This document shows, piece after piece, positions 28,543-37,453 of a DNA stretch of 64,000 nt. The stretch lies in contig JAJFTS010000040.1 of the NCBI GenBank assembly GCA_021372815.1, forward strand, positions 2,543 to 66,542, given 5' to 3'. Made by a program: the position numbers and the translations under genes. Source of the DNA: Deltaproteobacteria bacterium. Its GTDB lineage: Bacteria; Desulfobacterota; Syntrophia; Syntrophales; Smithellaceae. Below the pieces are notes generated by a model that saw nothing but the letters and a program-made list of their open reading frames with translations, did no database searches and was not told where the DNA came from. Position 1 is the stretch's first letter, and each line of letters starts with the position of its first letter.

Positions 28543-29235
28543 TCAGGCTTTTTCCAGAACAATGAGCGCGTCAACCACAACGGGTTTTGACTTGTAAATA
28601 ATCACGGGATTGAGATCGATTTCCGAAACTTCCGGAATCTCCATACCGATGCGGCCGACGTTAATCAGCATGTCGGCCAGAATTATTTTGTCCGCTGCTT
28701 CCATACCGCGGACGGCGTCCAGAATTTTATGTCCTCTGATTTCCTTCATCATGTCCAGCGCGTTTCTCTTTTTCAACGGCGCGCGGCGAAAAGAAATGTC
28801 TTTTAATATTTCGGTAAATATTCCGCCCAGGCCGAACATCACGCAGGGACCGAACTGCGCGTCGCGGGTCATTCCCATAACCAGTTCGCGCCGGCCTTTA
28901 ATCATTTCCTGCACGAGTACCCCGCCGTCAACCCCTTTCAATCCGGCCATGATTTCATTAAAAGCTTTTTTCGCTTCCTTGATGTTGCGGATGTCCACGT
29001 GAATCAATCCCTTTTCCGTCTTGTGCGCGATTTCCGGAGAACAGCCTTTCATCACCAGCGGATAGCCGATTTTTGCAACGGCTTTTTCCAGATGATTCTT
29101 ATCCTTGAGCAGGATTTCTTTCGTGACGGGGATGTCATAGGCGGCCAGAACCTGTTTGGATTCGTATTCGGAAAGGGTTTTATGGCCTCTACGCATCGCC
29201 TCATGGATGATTTTAACAGCTCTATCTTTATTCAT
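28543..29235 (-). CDS. ADP-forming acyl-CoA synthetase, beta subunit (ATP-grasp)
   Basis: TLSEYESKQVLAAYDIPV...IGYPLVMKG ATP-grasp pattern. GGAGG SD. ATG 29235 overlaps the alpha-subunit stop by 8 nt. Confidence 0.88.
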   Translation of the reverse strand: MNKDRAVKIIHEAMRRGHKTLSEYESKQVLAAYDIPVTKEILLKDKNHLEKAVAKIGYPLVMKGCSPEIAHKTEKGLIHVDIRNIKEAKKAFNEIMAGLKGVDGGVLVQEMIKGRRELVMGMTRDAQFGPCVMFGLGGIFTEILKDISFRRAPLKKRNALDMMKEIRGHKILDAVRGMEAADKIILADMLINVGRIGMEIPEVSEIDLNPVIIYKSKPVVVDALIVLEKA

Positions 29236-30715
29236 GATTTTTGCCTCCGTAGTAGGTATTGACGTGGGCGACTGTCCGGATGGCATCATGCAGCTCATCA
29301 AAAACCGGTATGCCGTAATCAACATATTCTTTTTTAGTCAGAGCAATCATTTCGATGATATCCAAATCATCGACTCCTCTTTTGGCGTTGGGGAGCACCG
29401 CAATAACCGGTTTGCCGGTTTTATCCGCAACTTCACGGATCACCCGGGCCAGTTCTTTATAGGGCGTTATTTCCGCGACTGTTTTATTAAACGTTTTGGC
29501 GATTGATTTGTAGTGATAAAGAAGAGAGACGATGATTTGCAGCTCGATTCTTTTGTCTTCCGCCGCGGCGAGCAGAACTTCTTTCAGGTATTGCGGCGGA
29601 ACGAACGGGTTGGCGACATCAACGGGGTTGATTGCGCTCGATCCCGGTTTGGGCAGATAATCGTATATGCGCGCCTGCAGATCGTCTGCCAGCGGCGGGA
29701 TTTCTATATCGTAAGCTTCAGCGGTGTCGCAGGCGGTGACGCCGATAGCTCCGCCTCCGCCGATAACGGATATTCCTGAAAATGTTTTTGGCGGCAAGAG
29801 GGCGAAAGCGAGGCTCGTTTGCGCCAGTTCTTCGGTATCATGGACCTGAACGGCATTGGCCTGTTTCAGAATGGATCTCCAGATCGTGCCGCTTCCGCCC
29901 ATGGACGCGGTATGACTGGCAACCGTTCTCGCCCCGGCGCGGGAGAGTCCCCCCTTGTAAACGATAACCGGTTTTTTACTTGCGGTGGTTTTGATTTCTT
30001 TGAAAAAAGAATCACCATTCTGAATGCCTTCAATATACATGGAAATGACCCGTGTTTCAGGATCATCTTTAAAGTATCGCAGAAGGTCGGTTTCCCGCAA
30101 ATCGGCTCCATTGCCGAAACTGACCATTTTACTGAAACGGACACCCATCCACTTTCCGGCATGCGCGAAATCTATCGACATGCCGCCGCTCTGCGCGATG
30201 AAGGCCACCGGGCCGCTCTCGCGCGAAAGATCAGGTCCCGGAAGCAGTGTCAAACCACTTGCCGGGCAGTAAATACCGAAACAATTGGGTCCGACAACAC
30301 GGATTCCTTTTGCGGCAATTTCTTTTATCCGGCGTTCCAGTTCCTTTCCTTCATCCGTTCCCAGTTCGCTGAAACCCGAAGAAATAATCTCTGCTCCGGC
30401 AGCGCCTTTTTTCCGGCAGGCATCGAGGACATCCGGGACAAATCGCGCGGCGACGGCGATAATGGCAAAATCTATTTCTCCGGGTATTTCCTCAACGCTC
30501 TTGAAAATGTTCAATCCGTCTATTGAACCGCCTTTGGGATTTACCGGTAATATTTCTCCGGCAAACGCCATGGCTGTAATCGATTTGAATATTCCGGTGC
30601 CGAATCCGGCGCCGCTTGCTTCCGCGGAAACGCCGATAATCGCGAGTCTTTGCGGATGAAAAATTCTTTCATAATCTGTCGGCGGATTGCCTGATTTTTT
30701 TGCCTTGTTTGCCAT
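29228..30715 (-). CDS. ADP-forming acyl-CoA synthetase, alpha subunit (CoA-binding + ligase-CoA domains)
   Basis: RLAIIGVS CoA-binding start. Phosphohistidine loop ASHTASMGGSG. Confidence 0.9.
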   Translation of the reverse strand: MANKAKKSGNPPTDYERIFHPQRLAIIGVSAEASGAGFGTGIFKSITAMAFAGEILPVNPKGGSIDGLNIFKSVEEIPGEIDFAIIAVAARFVPDVLDACRKKGAAGAEIISSGFSELGTDEGKELERRIKEIAAKGIRVVGPNCFGIYCPASGLTLLPGPDLSRESGPVAFIAQSGGMSIDFAHAGKWMGVRFSKMVSFGNGADLRETDLLRYFKDDPETRVISMYIEGIQNGDSFFKEIKTTASKKPVIVYKGGLSRAGARTVASHTASMGGSGTIWRSILKQANAVQVHDTEELAQTSLAFALLPPKTFSGISVIGGGGAIGVTACDTAEAYDIEIPPLADDLQARIYDYLPKPGSSAINPVDVANPFVPPQYLKEVLLAAAEDKRIELQIIVSLLYHYKSIAKTFNKTVAEITPYKELARVIREVADKTGKPVIAVLPNAKRGVDDLDIIEMIALTKKEYVDYGIPVFDELHDAIRTVAHVNTYYGGKNHE

Positions 30716-30770
30716 TTTGGGTCTCCATGATTGCCGATTTTATCTTGTATGCTAAATATTAAACGATAAT

Positions 30771-31184
30771 TTATTTGCGAAGATCTTTCAGCATTCTGAA
30801 GAGCAGCAGCCGCTCTTCGGTGTTGAATACGGAAAGAATTTCCCGGTTAAGCTCCTCTGTTTCTTTCAGAAATTTATTTCGGACTTGGCGCGCCTTGTCT
30901 GTCAGTTGAATATTCAGAACGCGTTTGTCTTCTGTTAAAGCGTTCTTGACAATCCATCCGTTTTCCGTCAGGCGGTCCAGGACGCCGGATAATGTGGCGC
31001 TGTCCAGAGCCAGACGTTTCCCCAGTTCTCCAGCGGAGATACCTTCCTCTCCGTATAGAGCGTGCAGAACCAGAGCCTGCATGGGGGTCAGTCCATAAGG
31101 CAGCAGCCGGGCTTTAAAAGTTCCATATACTTTTTGATTGGCTTTACTGAGGATGAATAAAATAACGTCTTGATAATTGATCAA
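30771..31184 (-). CDS. MarR-family transcriptional regulator
   Basis: wHTH GELGKRLALDSATLSGVLDRLTENGWIVKNALTEDKRVLNIQLTDKAR. TTG start as in the ORF track. Confidence 0.88.
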   Translation of the reverse strand: MINYQDVILFILSKANQKVYGTFKARLLPYGLTPMQALVLHALYGEEGISAGELGKRLALDSATLSGVLDRLTENGWIVKNALTEDKRVLNIQLTDKARQVRNKFLKETEELNREILSVFNTEERLLLFRMLKDLRK

Positions 31185-31200
31185 AATGATGCCTTTGAAA

Positions 31201-31212
31201 ATTAGTTAGTAT
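31201..31212. promoter_or_regulatory. ATTAGTTAGTAT box upstream of the second MarR gene
   Basis: 12/12 identical to 15761-15772 and at an equivalent offset (16 versus 15 nt) from the MarR start codon. Confidence 0.4.
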
Positions 31213-31283
31213 ACGAGATAAATGAATGGAGAAATTAAGTCAAGAATATTTTTTTGAAAAAAATCGGTCCGCTGTAACGGAGA

Positions 31284-32087
31284 TTAATTGATGATGAGAT
31301 CTTTCAGCGCTGATTCATGATCGTGAAGAGGCTTTAGGGAAATTTCCGTTCCGCTTTCGCCTTGGTCACAGTAGTCAAACGGGTTATCAAGGTCTTTAAT
31401 CAGGAAAACCATGTAGGCTATCAGGAAGGTAACCAGCAGCGTGAAAAAAAGTGACGCGTAAAAAGGTTCGATTTTCATAACAATCAAACCCAGGGCAACT
31501 AAAAAGCCCATCGCTTCAACGATCGCGTAAGCGGAGCTGATAAAGCTGGTGTCCCGGATGGTATCGATTCTCATGATCATTTTTCTGATATTGTTTTGTT
31601 CGTTCTTCATTTTTGCAATATAGGGAGCGGCAACGCCTTCTTTATCTATCTCAATAAAGAATTCATTCATCGCACTGATTTTAACCAGCATGGATTTTGT
31701 TCTTTCTTTTTTGTAAAACCAGTCCATCAGAAAAGCGGCAAATGATTTTTGGAATTCCAGGAATTTATGGGCAGATACGGAATTCTTGCTTTTATAAATT
31801 GTGTAAGTATCATCAAATAATGATTTCAGGGCTGCTGTAAGCTCGCTGGGAATTTTTTCGCTTTCTTTATAATCGGAAAGCACACCGGTTATCAGAAATC
31901 CGATCAGGAATATTGTGCCGGCGACCAGACTGGTAAAAAGGGCATTGAGCTCCATGATTTCGAATCCGAATTGATGGGACAGAAATTTTAGCACGGTTAC
32001 TAAAATCATGATGGGCATTATTTTGAATGCGACGGACCACTTCTGCCGGATGTATTTGGGGGATGTGTTGATTAATTGTGTTTTCAT
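31284..32087 (-). CDS. integral membrane protein (DUF4239/bestrophin-like topology, assignment uncertain)
   Basis: Two N-terminal and two C-terminal TM helices around a helical soluble region, with a C-terminal DLDNPFDY motif. Start uncertain (ATG 32087 chosen; the ORF extends to 32189). Confidence 0.6.
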   Translation of the reverse strand: MKTQLINTSPKYIRQKWSVAFKIMPIMILVTVLKFLSHQFGFEIMELNALFTSLVAGTIFLIGFLITGVLSDYKESEKIPSELTAALKSLFDDTYTIYKSKNSVSAHKFLEFQKSFAAFLMDWFYKKERTKSMLVKISAMNEFFIEIDKEGVAAPYIAKMKNEQNNIRKMIMRIDTIRDTSFISSAYAIVEAMGFLVALGLIVMKIEPFYASLFFTLLVTFLIAYMVFLIKDLDNPFDYCDQGESGTEISLKPLHDHESALKDLIIN

Positions 32088-32204
32088 GTATAGCTTACTG
32101 CAACAAAGAAACATTAATTTTGATGCGCAAACATATAAGGAATGAACATAGGTGTCAATGTAATATTTAAAAATAATCTTACCGGACACGCATGGAAATG
32201 ATGA

Positions 32205-33434
32205 CTATTCAAATCTCAGCGCATCAATCGGATTCAGCAAAGAGGCTTTGTAGGCGGGATAGAAACCGAAGAAAATGCCGACCAGGCCGGAAAAGCTAAA
32301 CGAGAGCAGAACCGATAAAAGCGAAACGGCGGACGGAATTTCAAAGACGGTGGACAAAAAGATGGAAACGCTGCTTCCGATGATGATGCCCGTGATGCCT
32401 CCAATCATGGAAAGCGTCAGCGCCTCAATAATAAACTGAATACGGATATCCCAGGTTTTTGCGCCCACAGCCATGCGAATGCCGATTTCCCGTGTTCTTT
32501 CCGTGACGGAAACGAGCATGATGTTCATGATGCCGATCCCGCCGACCAGCAGCGATACCGAAGCGATAGCCGCCAGAAGCATCGTCAGAGTATTGGTTGT
32601 CTGTTCCGCCATTTGCAGCATCTGGGTGAGATTCCTGACCGTGAAATCATCTTCTTTCGTCGGGCCGATACGATGACGCTGGCGCAGCAAATCCGTTACC
32701 TGTCTTTCCGCGACGGAGAGATCCTCCGTGCTGCGGGCTTTGACCATGATGGTGCGCACCATGCCCGGAACGGTTGTGCCGAAGATTTTTTTCTGTGCCG
32801 TCGTCAGCGGTATTAAAACGGTATCGTCCTGATCCTGACCGCCAAGTGACTGGCCTTTGGATTCCAGAACGCCGATGACCGTGAAAGGAATCTTTTTAAT
32901 CCGGACTATCTGACCGATGGGATCCATGCTGCCGAAAAGATTGTCAACCACGGTCTGTCCGAGAAGGCATACTTTTGTGGCATTGCGGATATCCTGGTCG
33001 CTCATGTTTCTTCCCGCCGTAAGACCGCAGTCCTTGACTTCCAGAATCCCCGGAGTGGTTCCCTGGATGCTGGTTGCCCAGTTCTGATTTCCGTATACCA
33101 CCTGAGCCGATCCGTTGTGCATCGGCGCTACGGCGGAAACTGCAGAACACTCCCTTAAAATGGCATCCGCATCGGCTGTCGTTAATGAGGATTGACTTCC
33201 TCCTCCCAGCCGGACACCTCCCTGCGTAAAACTGCCGGGAACGACGATGATCAAATTGCTGCCGATACTGGAAATTTGCGAGGAAATTTTCCGGCTGACA
33301 CCTGTGCCTATGGCCAGCATGATAATCACTGCGCTGACGCCGATGATAATACCGAGCATGGTCAGGGCCGAACGCATTTTGTTGACCCATAAGGCTCTTA
33401 AAGCGATTTTGAGAGTAGAAGCAATGCTGATCAC
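32205..33434 (-). CDS. MacB-type ABC transporter permease (MacB periplasmic domain + FtsX)
   Basis: 409 aa. One TM, a large periplasmic domain, then 3 TM. C-terminal NPIDALRFE. ATGA overlap with the ATPase gene. Confidence 0.92.
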   Translation of the reverse strand: MISIASTLKIALRALWVNKMRSALTMLGIIIGVSAVIIMLAIGTGVSRKISSQISSIGSNLIIVVPGSFTQGGVRLGGGSQSSLTTADADAILRECSAVSAVAPMHNGSAQVVYGNQNWATSIQGTTPGILEVKDCGLTAGRNMSDQDIRNATKVCLLGQTVVDNLFGSMDPIGQIVRIKKIPFTVIGVLESKGQSLGGQDQDDTVLIPLTTAQKKIFGTTVPGMVRTIMVKARSTEDLSVAERQVTDLLRQRHRIGPTKEDDFTVRNLTQMLQMAEQTTNTLTMLLAAIASVSLLVGGIGIMNIMLVSVTERTREIGIRMAVGAKTWDIRIQFIIEALTLSMIGGITGIIIGSSVSIFLSTVFEIPSAVSLLSVLLSFSFSGLVGIFFGFYPAYKASLLNPIDALRFE

Positions 33435-34123
33435 GATTTTTTAACCTCTTCATCGCTGATGACATGTCCGTCCAGAAAACGGATAATCCTTTTGCTGTAG
33501 GCGGCAATGTCCGGCTCATGTGTAACAAGAATAATGGTTGTTCCGGAATCACGATTCAACTGTACGAGAAGCTCCATGATTTCGATGCTTGTTTTTGTAT
33601 CGAGATTTCCCGTAGGCTCATCAGCCATCAGAATGGGCGCTTCGTTGACCAGCGCGCGGGCAATGGCCACACGCTGTTGCTGACCGCCGGAGAGTTGATT
33701 GGGATGGTGATGTTCCCGTCCTTCCAATCCCAGTAATTTCAGCGCGGTAAGAGATTTCTGTCTTCTTTCTCCTGCCGGTACGTGATTATAGAGCAGAGGC
33801 AATTCCACGTTCTCCATGGCCGATGTTCGGGACAGCAGATTGAATCCCTGAAAAACAAAACCTATTTTTTTATTACGGATTGTCGCCAGTTCGTCGGGTG
33901 ATAAACCGCCGATTTTATGTCCGTCCAGAAAATACTCGCCGGCCGTCGGCTGATCCAGGCATCCGATGATATTCATAAATGTGGATTTTCCCGAACCTGA
34001 CGGTCCCATGATGGCGACAAATTCGCCCTTGGAAATTTTAACGGACACATCTTCCAGAGCGTGGACGCCCTCATCGCCAACGTCGTATGTTTTGGCAAGA
34101 TATTTTGTTTCAATGAGCGTCAT
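33431..34123 (-). CDS. ABC transporter ATP-binding protein (MacB/LolD-type)
   Basis: Walker A GPSGSGKST, signature LSGGQQQRVAIARAL, Walker B ILMADEPTGNLD. Confidence 0.95.
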   Translation of the reverse strand: MTLIETKYLAKTYDVGDEGVHALEDVSVKISKGEFVAIMGPSGSGKSTFMNIIGCLDQPTAGEYFLDGHKIGGLSPDELATIRNKKIGFVFQGFNLLSRTSAMENVELPLLYNHVPAGERRQKSLTALKLLGLEGREHHHPNQLSGGQQQRVAIARALVNEAPILMADEPTGNLDTKTSIEIMELLVQLNRDSGTTIILVTHEPDIAAYSKRIIRFLDGHVISDEEVKKS

Positions 34124-35307
34124 TACATAAACCTCGGGGGTGGACCTGAACTGCTGCTTCCTTTTTTGCTGCTCAGGCTGTCCGTGATGACTTCCCGGCC
34201 TTGTGTGACATTACCGGAACTGATTTCCGTGTAATTTCCATCGCTGAGTCCGGTTGTCACCATCACCGGCTTGGGTTTGCCTTCTTCCATTATCCATACT
34301 TTTGTTCCTTTCATCTCCTGTTTATCCGTTATTGTTTCACTCTGTCCTTTTGCCTGAGCCGGTTTGAAGCGCAGAGCGGCGTTGGGAACGCGCAGAACGT
34401 TGGAACGGGTTTCTATGGTGATGGAAACATTGGCGGTCATTCCCGGTTTCAGTTTTAACTGTGAATTGTCCACATTAATAATAACGTCATAAGTGACGAC
34501 ATTGGAGACCGTGATGGGCGCGTTGCGTACCACGGAAACTTTTCCGGTAAAATTCGTATCCGGATAAGCATCAACGGTAAAAGAAACTTCCTGTCCGGCC
34601 CTGACTTTTCCGATATCGGCTTCGTCCACGCTTGTATCGATTTGCATTTTGGTTAAATCCTGGGCGATGCTGAAGAGGGTCGGCGTCTGAAAACTGGCGG
34701 CGACAGTCTGGCCGACATCAACGCTTCGGGAAATGACAATCCCGTCAACGGGAGAAAGAATTCTCGTGTACTGCAGATTCGCCTGAGCGATTTTCAGGGC
34801 GGCCTGCGCCTGTCCCACCTGTGCCTGATTCACTTTCTGCTGGGCTTGAGCCGATTTGAAATTTGTTTCGGCCGTGTCCAAATCACTTTTGGCGATAAAG
34901 TTCTGGGCAAAAAGTTCTTTGTTCCTCTGAAAAGTTCTCTGAGCATCCATAACGGCAACTTGCGCCTTCTCCAGATTGGCCTGGGCGGACCACAAATTGG
35001 CATTGGCCTGATCAACCTGAGATTGAAAAGTGGAGGGATCAATCTGGGCCAGCTGCTGGCCTTTCCTGACGGGCGAATTATAATCGACAAAAAGCTTCTG
35101 AATGGTGCCGGAAACCTGTGTGCCGACCGAAACCGTTGTGACGGCGTTTACGGTACCGGTAGCCGTTACGACGGATTTGATTTCGCCCCGGGAAATTTTT
35201 TCCGTTTTATAGGAAACGCTTTTTCCGTTTTTATTGAAAATAAAGAAGAGGATTGCCGCGATGATCGCGACGGCGATAACGGATATAAGGATGACTTTTT
35301 TCTTCAT
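34123..35307 (-). CDS. periplasmic adaptor (MacA/HlyD family)
   Basis: N-terminal TM, a long Gln/Ala-rich coiled-coil hairpin, and barrel domains. 1-nt TAATG overlap with the ATPase gene. Confidence 0.9.
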   Translation of the reverse strand: MKKKVILISVIAVAIIAAILFFIFNKNGKSVSYKTEKISRGEIKSVVTATGTVNAVTTVSVGTQVSGTIQKLFVDYNSPVRKGQQLAQIDPSTFQSQVDQANANLWSAQANLEKAQVAVMDAQRTFQRNKELFAQNFIAKSDLDTAETNFKSAQAQQKVNQAQVGQAQAALKIAQANLQYTRILSPVDGIVISRSVDVGQTVAASFQTPTLFSIAQDLTKMQIDTSVDEADIGKVRAGQEVSFTVDAYPDTNFTGKVSVVRNAPITVSNVVTYDVIINVDNSQLKLKPGMTANVSITIETRSNVLRVPNAALRFKPAQAKGQSETITDKQEMKGTKVWIMEEGKPKPVMVTTGLSDGNYTEISSGNVTQGREVITDSLSSKKGSSSSGPPPRFM

Positions 35308-36584
35308 TGTTTCGCTCCTATGGCCTTGTCCAGGGCGGCCTGCGCTATTTTATAATTATACAAAGCCGTGTTCAAGCTGGCTCTGGCATTATTAAGAGTA
35401 ATGATGGAATCGGCAACTTCGATCGGATTGCCCACCCCTGTCCGGTAACGTCCCTCGGCCAGATCATAGTTTTCCTTGGCCTGAAGAACAGTCAATTCAG
35501 CCATGGATATCTGTTCCGCCGTGTCCTGAACGTTCAGGTAGGCCTGCTGGACATCCAGACGAATTCCCTGACGAATGACATCCTCATTGGCGCTGAGGAC
35601 TTCCAGATTCGCCCTGGCTTCATCAACCTGATATTTTGTTGATAAACCGTTGAACAGCGGAAAACTGAGCGATGCACCGGCATTCCAGCCTTTTTCAATG
35701 GGGAAGTCCGTTCCTGAAAAACCATATCCGGCGCTGCCCGATAAAGTCGGATAATATCCTTTTTGGGCCAGTTCGATGGATCGGTCCGCGGCTTCACGTT
35801 TGGCGACGGCGGAACGAAGATTCGGGCGGTTTGAATAGGCCATCTTCAGGGCATCGCTCAGTTGCCGGTCGCTTTTTTGAAAGGTCAGATTGTCCACGAT
35901 GGCGAAATCGGGATCCTCCGGAATGCCCATGACGTCTTTGAGTGTTATCCGGGCGATGCGCAGAGCATTTTCCGCTTTCAGAACGTTGAGACGGGCATTG
36001 CCGTAATCAACTTCCGCTTTGGTCACATCGAATTTCGGTTTAGTGCCGATACGGAAAAAGGCATTGGCCTGTTCCAGATGCTGCTGGAATTGATTCATTG
36101 TGTCGATGGCGACATCGCGGTTTCGCTGGGTTTGCAGAAGATTGTAGTAGGCATTCTTAACATTCAGTATAATTTGAGCCTTGACATCCTCATAATCGGC
36201 CCGGGAAGCGTTGACGCCCAGATTTTGAATTTCAACTTGGGTGGATGTTTTGCCGAAATCGAAAAGAGTTATGCCGAGATCGACGCTCGTTGAATACTGG
36301 TTATACGAATCAGTGCTGCCGTTGTAAGATGACGCCGGTCCGATTCTCTGATAATTTGAAGACAAATTAATCTGAGGATAATAATTGGCTTTGGCCTGCC
36401 CGACCTTGCTTTCACTCACTTTAATGCCGCCCGCGGACTCTTTGATGCTGGGGTGCTTTTTCAAAGCAACGGCGATGCATTGTTCCAGATTATAGGCGGG
36501 AGCCGGCGTTGCCGGATCGGCGGCCCGGGCTGCCTGTGAAAGCATCAACAACAAAATTATGATCGGCATCATCTTTTTTTGCAT
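35304..36584 (-). CDS. TolC-family outer-membrane protein
   Basis: Signal peptide and two TolC repeats. ATGA overlap with the adaptor gene. Confidence 0.9.
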   Translation of the reverse strand: MQKKMMPIIILLLMLSQAARAADPATPAPAYNLEQCIAVALKKHPSIKESAGGIKVSESKVGQAKANYYPQINLSSNYQRIGPASSYNGSTDSYNQYSTSVDLGITLFDFGKTSTQVEIQNLGVNASRADYEDVKAQIILNVKNAYYNLLQTQRNRDVAIDTMNQFQQHLEQANAFFRIGTKPKFDVTKAEVDYGNARLNVLKAENALRIARITLKDVMGIPEDPDFAIVDNLTFQKSDRQLSDALKMAYSNRPNLRSAVAKREAADRSIELAQKGYYPTLSGSAGYGFSGTDFPIEKGWNAGASLSFPLFNGLSTKYQVDEARANLEVLSANEDVIRQGIRLDVQQAYLNVQDTAEQISMAELTVLQAKENYDLAEGRYRTGVGNPIEVADSIITLNNARASLNTALYNYKIAQAALDKAIGAKQ

Positions 36585-37237
36585 TTTTTTACCTCAGAAT
36601 AATTTTTGTTTTTTCCCTCCAGAAGTCCCCGCAGAGAAAACCCGGTGATATGATCCGTCAATTCGTCAATTTGTTTGCGACCGAATGATTCTCCCGGATA
36701 AAGTCTGGTGATAACGGGATGGGAATGCATAAAGTAAAGGCATTGACCGACAATGCTCATGGAACAAAGCCGGACAACTCTTTCTTTGGTGCTTTTCCCC
36801 AGGATGGCGCCCACTATTTCGGTGAGGAGTTGAAAGGAAGGCCGAATCGTTTCTTTAACCAGAATATCCAGCGCCCATGAAGGTTGAGTAAATTCCCGCG
36901 CCATCAGCCTGCCGAACCAGGCGGGATGGCCGTCATCCATGATTCGTGTGAGAAAAGACCGGATGTAGGTATGCAGCTTTTCTTCCGGTTGCTGCGTTTC
37001 ATTGATGCCGAGATCGGGAGGATAGGTTTTTAAAGATATTTCCTGATAATGCTTCAGGACAGACAGATACAACCCTTTCTTATCGCCGAAATGATAATTT
37101 ATTGCCGCGATATTAACGCCGGCCTGCCGGCAAATGTCACGGACCGTCGCCTTGGAATACCCTTCTTCGGCAAAGATTCTGCCCGCCGTTTCGATAATGG
37201 CGTTTCGTGTTTTCGATGCGGTTTTCTTGTCGTTCAT
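36569..37237 (-). CDS. TetR-family regulator (CerR-like C-terminal domain)
   Basis: HTH IIETAGRIFAEEGYSKATVRDICRQAGVNIAAINYHFGDKKGLY. First gene of the ABC efflux operon. Confidence 0.9.
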   Translation of the reverse strand: MNDKKTASKTRNAIIETAGRIFAEEGYSKATVRDICRQAGVNIAAINYHFGDKKGLYLSVLKHYQEISLKTYPPDLGINETQQPEEKLHTYIRSFLTRIMDDGHPAWFGRLMAREFTQPSWALDILVKETIRPSFQLLTEIVGAILGKSTKERVVRLCSMSIVGQCLYFMHSHPVITRLYPGESFGRKQIDELTDHITGFSLRGLLEGKNKNYSEVKKCKKR

Positions 37238-37241
37238 AATA

Positions 37242-37292
37242 TTTCAAACAATTGTTTGAAACAAATGTATGAAAATTGGATATCTTTGTCAA
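37242..37292 (-). promoter_or_regulatory. promoter and perfect 20-bp palindromic operator of the tetR-tolC-macAB operon
   Basis: Minus-strand TTGACA (37292-37287), 17 nt, TACATT (37269-37264). TTTCAAACAATTGTTTGAAA (37242-37261) is self-complementary and ends 4 nt before the tetR ATG. Confidence 0.6.
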
Positions 37293-37453
37293 GATTTTTT
37301 TATCAAGGGCATTTTTATGCCTCATGGCCAAAATTATTTTGACAGGTAAAATCAATTGGCATATGTTTTCACAATCTTTTTACACGGAAAAATCTCACAG
37401 GAGAACAATAATCGTTTTCGGAAAGCTTAAGGCGGCAATTCGGAGAAGGCAAG

